Shown: one piece after another, positions 1 through 9,744 of the stretch
How positions within the stretch are numbered: the stretch's first letter is position 1
How the letters are laid out: the number at the start of each line of letters is the position of its first letter
Sequence record: MG592671.1
DNA: 64,000 bases
Reading direction: 5' to 3' (one strand)
Program-made: the position numbers and the translations under genes
The notes under the pieces: generated by a model
Databases searched by the model: none
What the model saw: the letters and a program-made list of their open reading frames with translations, nothing else
Told to the model about the DNA's origin: nothing

Positions 1-449
1 ATACCATATGTGTAGTTAGCACGTCGTGTTGTATAAAGTGCACCAAGGTTTAATAACTTGATGTTGTTATAGTTCTGAAAACGAATAGCGTGACTTAGCA
101 CTACTTCAGAGTTTGCTTTCAATAACGCACCATTAAAGTTAATAGTCATATCATAAAGGTCATTGATTGTTATTGTAGTAAAGTTATAAGTCCCTGATGG
201 AAAATATATACTAGTAGGACGGCTTGTTCCGTGTATATTACTAACGTACTCAAAAGTTGCCTGAATAGCAGCAGTATCATCAGTAACGCCGTCTCCTACT
301 GCGCCAAAGTCTTTCACATTCACTACATCAGAAAACCGATCTTCCAATGTTCGTGAATCAGTGCTTCCTGTCGATATCACTGAACTATTGCTTAGTGAAG
401 CTTCTGGTAGAAGCCCCTCTGTGTTTCTAAAATTTACCTTAGTAGTCAT
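1..449 (-). CDS. tailspike/tail fibre protein, pectate-lyase-like beta-helix (5' part, runs off window edge)
   Basis: Hand-translated from ATG at 449 (AGGAG RBS): MTTKVNFRNTEGLLPEASLSNSSVISTGSTDSRTLEDRFSDVVNVKDFGAVGDGVTDDTAAIQ...IYFPSGTY; open to base 1. Confidence 0.85.
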   Translation of the reverse strand, partial: MTTKVNFRNTEGLLPEASLSNSSVISTGSTDSRTLEDRFSDVVNVKDFGAVGDGVTDDTAAIQATFEYVSNIHGTSRPTSIYFPSGTYNFTTITINDLYDMTINFNGALLKANSEVVLSHAIRFQNYNNIKLLNLGALYTTRRANYTYG

Positions 450-464
450 AATAAACTCCTAGTA

Positions 465-679
465 TTAAGAACAGATCAACAAGAATAATCCGCCGACAAC
501 TGCCCATACAAAATCCATAAATTCAGGAGTGCCATTACTAAGTGCATTCCATCCTTCTTTAGTGCTCCTATCAACGATACAATAACGGTGCTACTACAGG
601 TCAGCACCTAGTAAAGTTGTCCAGGTTCTTATCATCGCTCCTGCAATGAAGTGTTTTATCCTGCAGTGTTAATGTTCAT
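465..679 (-). pseudogene. frameshifted remnant of a small membrane protein
   Basis: ATG overlaps the upstream stop (TAATG); fragments IKHFIAGAMI / STVIVSLIGA / KEGWNALSNGTPEFMDFVWAVVGGLFLLICS* lie in different frames. Confidence 0.45.
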
Positions 680-3396
680 TATCTGACAGTTCCAGTAGCA
701 TCGCGCCAGTTAGAGCCATCCCACCAAATAGGATAGTTTAAATCAGTATCAAAATACTCATGAGATGTAGGTATATTTGCTGGTCGCTGTGCAGTCGTTC
801 CTCGGAAGTGCGTTCCTCGGTTATAGTTTCCATCTGTTCCATAAACATATATACGATTATCAGGTAGTGTTGTAATACTTGAGTTAGTTGTTGACCATGT
901 GTAGTCACTATATATGAATAGATTATTATATACAGCAGTTCCCAACTCGTAAGCGAACTCTACGTTAGTTGTGTTTGTTTCACGAATGGCGTGAATATGT
1001 ACATTATAACTCTCATTAGAACTAATATCACGTATCATATCTACCGTGCCATTGGAGCTATGGAAACACTTGAACTCAACGTTCTTTAATAATCCATCAT
1101 TTAGTACAAGTGCCATTGCTTCTGAAATTCCAGTTCCTAACTTACCTTGGAAGCTTGATTCATATAATGGATTATCAATACGAAACGAGCGCCTAATCTT
1201 CTCTGCGTGAACGTTGTCCATTATAATACGCCTGTTAGGTAGTATACCATAGAACTCTACAACATATTTCAATATATCAGCATCAGCATATGCAAGTAAG
1301 CCATTAATGTTTAAGTCGCGAACGATATCTAATAACATTGCTGAGTTTGTAAGCGGGTATAACTGTAAGTTGATGAATGTGTAGTTGGTTGATGTGTATA
1401 TTGATTCTGTTCCAGTGTTATCAAAGTAATCATTATACGGAATGCCAACTCTATCAGTAGTGGTAATTATCATAGGATAATCAGCCCTAATACCAACATC
1501 AGACCACTCGTGTGTCTCTGATGCGTAGTTATATATGCCTATACTGCCATAGTTATTATTAACTGTTGGGATACTTACTAGCGAAATGTATAGTTTGCGC
1601 AAGTTAATAAACTGACAATATTTGTTAGTATTTGTTCGTGCAAAGTAAATGCCGATAGTTGATGGAGAACTAAGTGATCCAGTAGCACTAAAGATTGAGA
1701 ACTTCTCAAGATTCACATTCTCACTTCCTGCAATTAGAATAACAGGATTATTATTGCCAGTATTACCGTAGATGATCGATCCCTGACCTCTGCTATTAAT
1801 CTTAGACTTAGCAACACCTTCAATCGTTACTGATCCATCATTTCCGTGATTGAATATTTCTAAGGATGTGTGGAAGTAGTAAGATGTTAGCTCAAATCGT
1901 AAACGACACGCATCTTCACGATCTTTGAAGTAATCCAAATACGCCTGAAGAGTTGGAGCAGTATCATATGACGAGTGGTCTAGGCACCCAAGTTGACTAA
2001 AAAGCACATCTTGGTAATTTTTAATCTCAATAGCAGTGCCGTTACCTAGATCGGCTTGAATTCCTGCTGCAACCTTAAGTGCATCAACATTACCAACAAC
2101 AATATATTCACAACCACCATATGCAATACCAACATAATCAGAAGCAGGATAGTAACTTCTAGTATGAACAGACATTCCTACAGTTAATGCGCCGGCATTA
2201 TCTATCATATCTTGATACGTGCTAAACCACGTGTTGGCATTTAAAAAACGCTCACCTAATGTTTGATTTAGTGTTGTTCCATTAGTTACTACTCCCATCT
2301 CAGCAGCATCAGACACCCATTGATTCAATGTTTTTGTAATCCCTGAGTCAGCTGATGCTGTAGAGCCACTAACATCAATAACAGAAGATGCGTAAATCTT
2401 AAAATCTATAATAGATCCTACTGGTGGGGCTGAAGTAAAACTTAAGATACCAGAACTATACGAGTAGTTATCTAATGAGCTTTGTAGCACACCGTCAATT
2501 GCCACAGTTGTTGTTGACCCTGATCCACTTGGTGCACCAGGAACAGGGAAATTGATTGTGTTTCCATCACCATTAAATTGCGCTAAACTTGGCGTAGCTG
2601 GCGGGACTGGTCTAGTAGCACCTACAACATATGGAGCAAACGCTTTTACGTCAATGTACGATTCATTTGACGGGGCTTCCTCAAACGTTACAGTATATGT
2701 ATTAGAATCATACGCCCAGTCTCGAATATATGCTTGTTGTACCCCGTTTAGCGTAATATCAATTCCGTACCCGTCAATATTAACTGGACTAGGACTATCT
2801 TCAGTGCCAGATCCTAATATAAATGCTTTTTGAACACCGTCACCTATAAAATTGTAGGTATTTGGTGCAGCGAAGCTAATATTATCTGAATTGAACGTTG
2901 CAGCAGTGTAAATATCAACAATATCTCCACTATATGCGCCAGTCGTTAGCGTAATGTCCGTACCATCAGTATTATAATCAGTAAATGGGTACTGCCTAAA
3001 GCCCCCAACAAAAACTTCATAATTTTCTGCTTGTGGGTTTCCTCCAGCAAATGGCGTTGCGAAAACAGTTTGTCCTTCAGTTGCAACGTGTCGAACATAT
3101 AAAACATCGCCGATGCTTCCGCTACCGCCAGTTCCTGCAGAATATACATTCCAGTTTCCATCTGGGGCTGATCCCATTTGTATTGGGTTTGCTGGAGCTG
3201 ATGACGGAGCATAGAACGGAACGCCGCCGGTTCCGGAGTCAAAAACGCGTATCTGGTCCGTGTCAGATACTTCAGCACCTTCTGTCCAGTACTGTACATT
3301 GTCTTTTGGTAATCCAAAAGTAGTCGCAATGGCACTCAAATATAATGAAGAATTGAACCCATTCAATCCTGAGTAAAGATCTGAGAGTTGAGTCAT
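679..3396 (-). CDS. tailspike/tail fibre protein (adaptor + 3 GDG..DGV.Q modules + beta-helix)
   Basis: ORF track 679..3423; better start MTQLSDLY at 3396 after AGGAG; ends with the common tailspike C-terminus RGTTAQRP..YFDTDLNYPIWWDGSNWRDATGT. Confidence 0.8.
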   Translation of the reverse strand: MTQLSDLYSGLNGFNSSLYLSAIATTFGLPKDNVQYWTEGAEVSDTDQIRVFDSGTGGVPFYAPSSAPANPIQMGSAPDGNWNVYSAGTGGSGSIGDVLYVRHVATEGQTVFATPFAGGNPQAENYEVFVGGFRQYPFTDYNTDGTDITLTTGAYSGDIVDIYTAATFNSDNISFAAPNTYNFIGDGVQKAFILGSGTEDSPSPVNIDGYGIDITLNGVQQAYIRDWAYDSNTYTVTFEEAPSNESYIDVKAFAPYVVGATRPVPPATPSLAQFNGDGNTINFPVPGAPSGSGSTTTVAIDGVLQSSLDNYSYSSGILSFTSAPPVGSIIDFKIYASSVIDVSGSTASADSGITKTLNQWVSDAAEMGVVTNGTTLNQTLGERFLNANTWFSTYQDMIDNAGALTVGMSVHTRSYYPASDYVGIAYGGCEYIVVGNVDALKVAAGIQADLGNGTAIEIKNYQDVLFSQLGCLDHSSYDTAPTLQAYLDYFKDREDACRLRFELTSYYFHTSLEIFNHGNDGSVTIEGVAKSKINSRGQGSIIYGNTGNNNPVILIAGSENVNLEKFSIFSATGSLSSPSTIGIYFARTNTNKYCQFINLRKLYISLVSIPTVNNNYGSIGIYNYASETHEWSDVGIRADYPMIITTTDRVGIPYNDYFDNTGTESIYTSTNYTFINLQLYPLTNSAMLLDIVRDLNINGLLAYADADILKYVVEFYGILPNRRIIMDNVHAEKIRRSFRIDNPLYESSFQGKLGTGISEAMALVLNDGLLKNVEFKCFHSSNGTVDMIRDISSNESYNVHIHAIRETNTTNVEFAYELGTAVYNNLFIYSDYTWSTTNSSITTLPDNRIYVYGTDGNYNRGTHFRGTTAQRPANIPTSHEYFDTDLNYPIWWDGSNWRDATGTVR

Positions 3397-3430
3397 AATT
3401 TTAATCTCCTTTAAAGGATTCATTTGTATG

Positions 3431-3438
3431 TATTTATT
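3431..3438 (-). promoter_or_regulatory. T4-type late promoter AATAAATA
   Basis: tatttatt 35 bp upstream of the tailspike start; the same motif precedes most structural genes and a gp55 homologue is present. Confidence 0.7.
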
Positions 3439-3454
3439 CGCTTCTTAGAGATAT

Positions 3455-3480
3455 AAGAAAAGACGCACTTAGGCGTCTTT
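3455..3480 (-). terminator. intrinsic terminator of the HNH gene
   Basis: stem aaagacgc/gcgtcttt with U-rich tail on the minus strand. Confidence 0.6.
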
Positions 3481-4248
3481 AGGTTTATTTCTGCATCTAT
3501 CAAAATGCCATCTCTGCATGGCACCTTTCTTACCTTGTTTCTCACAATGAGGACAGGTAACTTGCGGCTGTGCAGCTATTGCATCTCTTATTTTCTGCTT
3601 TGCATCTTCACTGTGAGTTTGCCCAAACATTGAATTATTTTCGCCCTTATTGGCTTCACTAATCTTATTACATGCTTCATCAGACATAGTTTTACCTTTA
3701 TGGAGCTTTGACATACGTTCTTTATGCTCCTTAGTATTAGCCCTTGCTGTCGCTTTTTCAGACATAACTGCTTTAGTTTCTTCTGTGTGTTTCTTACCGT
3801 AAAAATAGTTATTTTCACCAGTATTAGCATCTTTGATAGCTTGGATATGCTCAGCGGATAGTTTTCTACCCTTAGCCTTTTCAGATAAAATCTTCTTTGT
3901 TTCCTTAGTGTGTTTCTTTCCATAAAATGGATTATTTACGCCACTAATAGCTTCTCTTCCTGCAACATATTCATCTTCTGTAAGAGTTCTGTTATTATTT
4001 GGATCATTAGTCATCATAAACAAAGCATGAGCCATTCCTGGTGTTCTATGCCACTTAGCTAGATGGTAATGCGCCATATAATGTTCTCTAGCAGTTAAAT
4101 ACACCATGTTTTCAGCATCATCTGTGCCTCCCATTGACTTAGGGATAATATGATGATTCTCTACATAACATGGAGCTGAATCTTTTGTCCAGTCTCTGCT
4201 GGTAGCTATTTTTATTAGATTATTATATTGCTCTTCATGAGTTTGCAT
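3469..4248 (-). CDS. free-standing HNH homing endonuclease with NUMOD3 repeats
   Basis: YVENHHIIPKSMGGTDDAENMVYLTAREHYMAHYHL HNH core; repeated NPFYGKKHT.ETK (NUMOD3); C-terminal CPHC..GAMQRWHFDRC; start 4248 after AGGGAG. Confidence 0.92.
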   Translation of the reverse strand: MQTHEEQYNNLIKIATSRDWTKDSAPCYVENHHIIPKSMGGTDDAENMVYLTAREHYMAHYHLAKWHRTPGMAHALFMMTNDPNNNRTLTEDEYVAGREAISGVNNPFYGKKHTKETKKILSEKAKGRKLSAEHIQAIKDANTGENNYFYGKKHTEETKAVMSEKATARANTKEHKERMSKLHKGKTMSDEACNKISEANKGENNSMFGQTHSEDAKQKIRDAIAAQPQVTCPHCEKQGKKGAMQRWHFDRCRNKPKDA

Positions 4249-4270
4249 ACTTTTCTCCCTTGTATAATAC

Positions 4271-4280
4271 ATTATAACAT
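4271..4280 (-). promoter_or_regulatory. extended -10 promoter ATGTTATAAT (early/middle type)
   Basis: same motif upstream of clpA (26361), gp55 (51152) and the helicase-like gene (55959). Confidence 0.55.
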
Positions 4281-4316
4281 TTTGGATTAGTATTCGGTAG
4301 TTTATATAGTCGTAGG

Positions 4317-4336
4317 AAAACCCGCTAAAGCGGGTT
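4317..4336 (-). terminator. intrinsic terminator
   Basis: aacccgc-taaa-gcgggtt followed by TTTT on the minus strand, just after the tailspike stop. Confidence 0.65.
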
Positions 4337-4348
4337 ATAATATAATAG

Positions 4349-6856
4349 CTAAATTAATGCTCCAAATGCCTGCCATGTTCCCGGAGACCCTGCATCTGTG
4401 CATACCCATCCTATGTTAGTAAAGGTTCCGATCGACACAGTGTATACTATATCACCTCTTTTCCAAGTTCCTGTACTTGGTGCAGAGTTATCAAATATCA
4501 CATCTCGCTGCCCAATTTTATCACGAAGTACTATTTCCGAGTTGATAATATCGCCAATATTATCCTTGAATAAAACTTTAGTTTCTAGTGATGTTCCAGT
4601 GCTTCCAATGTTAGAATCTTGTCCAGAAAAATTATTACCTTGTATAATAACATTAATAGGAGAGTTAAATGTTCTAACTGCTGCTTGAGTTGCACCAGAG
4701 CGCACACTATTTCCTATTACTCTAGTATACGCGTCGCCTACATCTAATGTTATTCCATAGTTAATATTGTTATAAGGTACTAAAGTGTTTCCGATAATAC
4801 TGTGTCCATCTTGTTGGAAGTGCAATGAACTGTTAGAGCACTGAATGCATGTTCCAGTGCCATCATCCATGCCAATATAGTTCCCTTGGATACTTTGATT
4901 GATAGAATTATTAGACATGACTATACCAGCTTGCTCACAATGATCAAGTATATTACTTTCTATGTAATTATGAGAAGAACTATCTAGCTCAATACCTCTA
5001 CCAAATGCATCAATTAGATTTCCATTGATTATCCAACCTTCCGATGCTGCTGCATCACCATGTATGTGGATACCTTGGGAAGTTGTGGATGTATTATCTC
5101 CTCCCATAGTACAATTAGTAATAAAATTATTTACGCCTTGATGTAAAGCATGCAAGCCTTTACCAGTCCTGTTCATATTACAACCAGTGATCTGTGTTGC
5201 CCACGCCCATTCAGTAACAATTGAACGACTAAACCCATCAATAAACACATTTCTAAAAACATTATAATATGGTCTATTACCTGTAGTGCCAGGAACACTA
5301 ATCCCTATATACGTATTAGGTGATATAGTATGAAGCTGATTAGAATATATTGTTAAATTTTCTATTAAGCATCCTTTTGCTCCTGCTTCAAGAACTATGC
5401 CGTGATTACCTAAGCAAATAATTGTTGTGCTGCGACTAGAATTGCCAAACATGTGCATTCCAGATGGTATAGTTAGTACATCATCTGTTAAATATGCTCC
5501 GCTTCCAATTGTCCCGTCTGGTAAATAAACAGGTTTTTTGACGGTAGCTGCATAATCTATTGCAGCTTGGATGGCAGAAGTGCTATTAGTTGAGCCATCA
5601 GGAATAGCACCAAAATCTACAACATTTACTACATCAGAAAATCTATCACCTAATGATCTAGCATGTGTTGAACCTGTCGATAAAGCATTAATATCTTCTC
5701 CATTAGTTATCCACTGCTGTAATGATTTAGAAACACCATTAGCAGTAACAGAACCAGTACCAACATCACCTAACAATGGATCCAGCACAGGTTGATATGC
5801 AGTTACATCAATCTTGGAATCTACAATAGGAACTTCATCAAAGATAATTTTATTTGATTGGACCGTAAAATCAGAGTTAGGGACTTGGTGAACACCATCA
5901 ATATAAACTGAATATGCCTCAGCAGCCAGTTGACTAGTTGTTCCAGTATCAAAGCTTGACGTTACACCATCTGCTATTTGTGATGGAGCAACTTTAGGTT
6001 GCATCACCGTAGCAGCTCCGTAAGAATTGTTCACTATCACAGTCCACAAGTCACCAACATTAAGTACGTCAGATCCGAACTCAATAACACCTGCATTAAC
6101 TGTGTATGAGCTTTCGTGTTGAACTACTCCGTTAATGCTTACGAAGCAACTATCAAATGCTCCCAAAAGAGGTGGATCAATTTGATCTAGGGTATCAGTT
6201 GGTTGCACTTCACCATCATCACGCTGTGATGAAGCTGAAACTGCAGAGATACTCCACACCTCAAAGTCCCCGTCAGGAGATACTGGATATGTAGTTGGGG
6301 AAGTACCCTCTTTTGCAATATAAGGAACCCCTTCGTAGTATCGTATTTGTCCACGAGCAAAAGTCTCATCTGATAACCACATTTGCACATCTAACGATGA
6401 TATTTCTTGAATTGTGTCCCAATATGGTACTGCCACATTTCCGTTTGGTAAAGTAAACCCTCTGTCAGTTGCAGTGTCTTCTACTACTATTGCAGTAATA
6501 CCATTACTATCTCTCGCAGTAGTATAACCTTTAGTTGTAACACGTACCCCTGGTTCTAGGCTAAATTTCTGGAGAACTTCAACAGTTTCGAATGTAAAAT
6601 CTTGGACTTGTTGCCATTCTGGCGATGTTGGTCCAGTAGCGTCCATAACTACAGGAGATATATGAGATTGTGGAGCATAGTAAACTTTGTGATTGTATAG
6701 TCGCAGATCTTCAGGGGAAGTAACAGAAACATTTGCTTCCCATGCGTCCACTGATGTCTGTCCAAATGCTGCACTTAAGATATCTTTTTCTGATTGTAAA
6801 ACTTTAGGTTCAAGATTTGCGTTACGTCCAAAGAATCCAGTAAGTTGTTGTGCCAT
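4349..6856 (-). CDS. tailspike/depolymerase (beta-helix)
   Basis: RSLGDRFSDVVNVVDFGAIPDGSTNSTSAIQAAID..VYLPDG motif, Asn-rich parallel beta-helix repeats, C-terminal GTWKRGD..GWVCT.AGSPGTW. Confidence 0.85.
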   Translation of the reverse strand: MAQQLTGFFGRNANLEPKVLQSEKDILSAAFGQTSVDAWEANVSVTSPEDLRLYNHKVYYAPQSHISPVVMDATGPTSPEWQQVQDFTFETVEVLQKFSLEPGVRVTTKGYTTARDSNGITAIVVEDTATDRGFTLPNGNVAVPYWDTIQEISSLDVQMWLSDETFARGQIRYYEGVPYIAKEGTSPTTYPVSPDGDFEVWSISAVSASSQRDDGEVQPTDTLDQIDPPLLGAFDSCFVSINGVVQHESSYTVNAGVIEFGSDVLNVGDLWTVIVNNSYGAATVMQPKVAPSQIADGVTSSFDTGTTSQLAAEAYSVYIDGVHQVPNSDFTVQSNKIIFDEVPIVDSKIDVTAYQPVLDPLLGDVGTGSVTANGVSKSLQQWITNGEDINALSTGSTHARSLGDRFSDVVNVVDFGAIPDGSTNSTSAIQAAIDYAATVKKPVYLPDGTIGSGAYLTDDVLTIPSGMHMFGNSSRSTTIICLGNHGIVLEAGAKGCLIENLTIYSNQLHTISPNTYIGISVPGTTGNRPYYNVFRNVFIDGFSRSIVTEWAWATQITGCNMNRTGKGLHALHQGVNNFITNCTMGGDNTSTTSQGIHIHGDAAASEGWIINGNLIDAFGRGIELDSSSHNYIESNILDHCEQAGIVMSNNSINQSIQGNYIGMDDGTGTCIQCSNSSLHFQQDGHSIIGNTLVPYNNINYGITLDVGDAYTRVIGNSVRSGATQAAVRTFNSPINVIIQGNNFSGQDSNIGSTGTSLETKVLFKDNIGDIINSEIVLRDKIGQRDVIFDNSAPSTGTWKRGDIVYTVSIGTFTNIGWVCTDAGSPGTWQAFGALI

Positions 6857-6892
6857 TATTATTCTCCATTATAATAAGAATATATTTGTAAG

Positions 6893-6900
6893 TATTTATT
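6893..6900 (-). promoter_or_regulatory. late promoter AATAAATA
   Basis: tatttatt 37 bp upstream of the ATG at 6856. Confidence 0.7.
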
Positions 6901-6926
6901 CTGGATGTGTTGGAATTTTAGCCACT

Positions 6927-6957
6927 AGATAGCCCGCTGTAAACGGGCTATCTTTTT
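6927..6957. terminator. hairpin/terminator between tailspike cassettes
   Basis: stem agatagcccg/cgggctatct; T-run on the plus side only. Confidence 0.5.
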
Positions 6958-9430
6958 ATACATCAATAGATCCAAAGTCTTTCCAAGTTCCTGGACTTCC
7001 TGCAGTTACGCATACTTTGCCAATACTACCACCCGCAGTTGGTGTAAGTTTCCAAATAATATCCCCAACATTTCCTTCTATTCCTGTAGGAGTGCTGTCC
7101 GATACATATTCTTTTGCACCATTACGCTTAGAAGAAGTATACACATGGATTGCAGAGCTTGGTCTGTCGAACCTACCACTGTTAGAGCCAAGTCTAACAG
7201 TTCCTGAGTCAGCAGATGTTACTTGACCAATGCGATCATTTGTCGCAGATGATGATCTTCCAATGTTGTCACCGAGAACTAACTCGACAACTTCATCAGT
7301 TGAAACTTGTAAAATAGAGCCCCCGCCATAACCTCTGGCAATATTACCTGTAAGTACAATGCCAACGACATTCCCTGTATAACCTCGGATGTCTAATGCT
7401 GAGTAAGCACTGCACTCGATTATATTATCACTTATTTGTAGATCAGAAATAGAGTCGCCACTACCATTATTCATCCAAAGTTTCATACAGTTTGCATTTG
7501 TGGATTTGTTTATAAAAGTATTAGTAGATACATTAATATCTGTTAGTCCGTATCCAAATGGTGCTTCTAATACCGGGATTTCAGTTAACTCGCCATCTAC
7601 AATCTCAATACTATTGCCTGATATGGCCATATTATTAGTATCAGAAAAAACTATAAATCGAGTAGCACAGTTCTCAACTGTGTTGCCAGATACAGCCCAG
7701 TTTTGCATTCTTGCATCTCGATTCAGGCAGGCAACAACTGCATTATCTGTGTTCATGCCATTAAAATTACGGAATGTATTGCCAGTAATCGTTACATTAA
7801 CTGGGAAGTTGCCAACAGAGTGTTCGGTTGCTTCTTCACCAAAGATTCCACCTAAGCCACCGTCATAAACATTACCGATTACAGTAACATTTGAACTAGC
7901 GCGTATTTTAGTATGCATTTCGTAGCCAGTAGGGTAATCTGCAGATCCTCCAGTTCTTCCATAGAACTGGTTATTAGAAACAATATGATCGGATGATGCT
8001 TGTGTTGGTGTGGGATTTGTTGATAAGTAGATACCACGACGGTTAATAGTATTCTCAAAAATACACTCTGTTATCAACGTTTTCTGACATGCCTGTAATA
8101 CAATACCATATCCACCAGTTTGACTGCTAGTTCCATGATGTATATTAGCAAAGTTACAACTTTTAATTGTTATTTCAGATGCACCATCGATGAAGATTAT
8201 ACCTGTACCTACACCAGTAAAGTCACAATCTTTTATTTCAAACTTAGAGTATGCACCAGTCTGGACACGCATGCCATATCCAAGTTGAATTCCTGGAGGA
8301 GTCCCAGCTGGTCGCACATAGTTAGAACCTAACTTCAAATCACTAATCTTGATATCACCTGAGTTAAAATCTAATCCTATACGAAATACTCCTGAGTCCC
8401 AACGTATCCAAGTGTGACTTGTTCCAGAACCGATTATATGTATTGCGGTATTTCGTGTTAAGTCAGCTGTGATATAATATTCCCCAATAGGAAACCACAG
8501 TGTTCCACCTTCTGGTGTTGCATTAATAGCTGCTTGGATAGCAACAGTATCATCAGCGACACCATTACCAACAGCACCGTAGTCCTTTACATTTACCCAA
8601 CCAACTATTGGGATCTCAGAAGTCCACACAGATAATGTTTTAGTTTCCCCATTAGCAGATGTTACTGGATTGAAGCTAATATCAACAGAGCTGATATCTC
8701 CTACTTCTTCATTAAAGACAGCATTCAATATAGTGCCACTTGGGTAAGATTCAGTTAATTCAATAGTTCTGGCATCAATTATGTTATAGTCACCTGCACA
8801 TAAACGCCCGCTATCTACTAAATCACCGCAAATATAGTACGATGTTGCTGAAGTTCTGACTTTAGTAAAGTCAACAACTGTTTGGCCACTAGTGAGAACT
8901 ACTGTCTCAGTGATTCCGGTATTATTTGGAGCAGACGAAGGTTCAGCAACATTAGAAAACGCGCTAATTCTAGTCCCAGTAGGGTAAGATTCAGCTAATA
9001 TGATACTGTTTGTTGCACTGTCTGTCGTATATCTAGTAGAATCAAGTTTACCAGAGTCAACGAGATCGCCATCAATATAAAATGACGCAGACTCAACATT
9101 TATTGTTGATCCAAAGGTTACAACAAGCTGACTATCAGTTAAAACGTGTACTTCTGATGTTGTTGAGTTCACAGTGAACTCATGCCACGTTGTTGGGTCA
9201 GTTAGTGGAGATTCAGCACAAATAATTGTGTTAATTTCGCTTGCTGTTGGAGCATAATATGCTATTTTATCAAATACACGAATTTCGTCAGGAGCTGAGA
9301 TAGACTCGCCTTGAAACCAGTATTTGAGTTTATTTCTGTTAATTCCTAACGCTACTGCGGCTGCATCAAGAGTAAGAGCTGATTGGTCAATGCTGTTACT
9401 TCCTGCGAAAAAATCATTTAGACGACTCAT
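6956..9430 (-). CDS. tailspike/depolymerase (beta-helix)
   Basis: WVNVKDYGAVGNGVADDTVAIQAAIN..LWFPIGEY; many xxGN beta-helix turns; C-terminus related to the 4349 gene (VCVTAGSPGTWKDFG). Confidence 0.85.
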   Translation of the reverse strand: MSRLNDFFAGSNSIDQSALTLDAAAVALGINRNKLKYWFQGESISAPDEIRVFDKIAYYAPTASEINTIICAESPLTDPTTWHEFTVNSTTSEVHVLTDSQLVVTFGSTINVESASFYIDGDLVDSGKLDSTRYTTDSATNSIILAESYPTGTRISAFSNVAEPSSAPNNTGITETVVLTSGQTVVDFTKVRTSATSYYICGDLVDSGRLCAGDYNIIDARTIELTESYPSGTILNAVFNEEVGDISSVDISFNPVTSANGETKTLSVWTSEIPIVGWVNVKDYGAVGNGVADDTVAIQAAINATPEGGTLWFPIGEYYITADLTRNTAIHIIGSGTSHTWIRWDSGVFRIGLDFNSGDIKISDLKLGSNYVRPAGTPPGIQLGYGMRVQTGAYSKFEIKDCDFTGVGTGIIFIDGASEITIKSCNFANIHHGTSSQTGGYGIVLQACQKTLITECIFENTINRRGIYLSTNPTPTQASSDHIVSNNQFYGRTGGSADYPTGYEMHTKIRASSNVTVIGNVYDGGLGGIFGEEATEHSVGNFPVNVTITGNTFRNFNGMNTDNAVVACLNRDARMQNWAVSGNTVENCATRFIVFSDTNNMAISGNSIEIVDGELTEIPVLEAPFGYGLTDINVSTNTFINKSTNANCMKLWMNNGSGDSISDLQISDNIIECSAYSALDIRGYTGNVVGIVLTGNIARGYGGGSILQVSTDEVVELVLGDNIGRSSSATNDRIGQVTSADSGTVRLGSNSGRFDRPSSAIHVYTSSKRNGAKEYVSDSTPTGIEGNVGDIIWKLTPTAGGSIGKVCVTAGSPGTWKDFGSIDV

Positions 9431-9461
9431 GTGTCATCCTCCTATCATTAGTATTTGTTAA

Positions 9462-9469
9462 TATTTATT
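9462..9469 (-). promoter_or_regulatory. late promoter AATAAATA
   Basis: tatttatt 32 bp upstream of the ATG at 9430 (GGAGG RBS). Confidence 0.7.
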
Positions 9470-9492
9470 CACATAATATAATGTTTAAAGAC

Positions 9493-9517
9493 AAAAAATG
9501 CCCATCAAGGGCATTTT
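9493..9517 (-). terminator. intrinsic terminator
   Basis: aaaatgccc-atcaa-gggcatttt with a T6 tail on the minus strand. Confidence 0.7.
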
Positions 9518-9744
9518 AATACGAGTATTAGTTACAGGTGTGATGGTTTTATCTCCAGCATGTTCCTCTCCTGAACAGTGCGTGATTCTGCATCCATCTG
9601 AATATCTCCTTATACACTTCGCTGTACATGCAGTCTGCATTAACTAGTTGAACGAGTGGGTATAAGCTCTTCTGTTTCTCCTAGTCAATCTTCGCTTATT
9701 ACTTAAAACCTTTTAATGTTGATATAACATACTCTACTATAGTC

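Noticed and set aside
3469-4248. HNH gene as part of a group I intron
   Set aside because: The flanking genes are complete and separate with their own stops, promoters and terminators; no interrupted host gene
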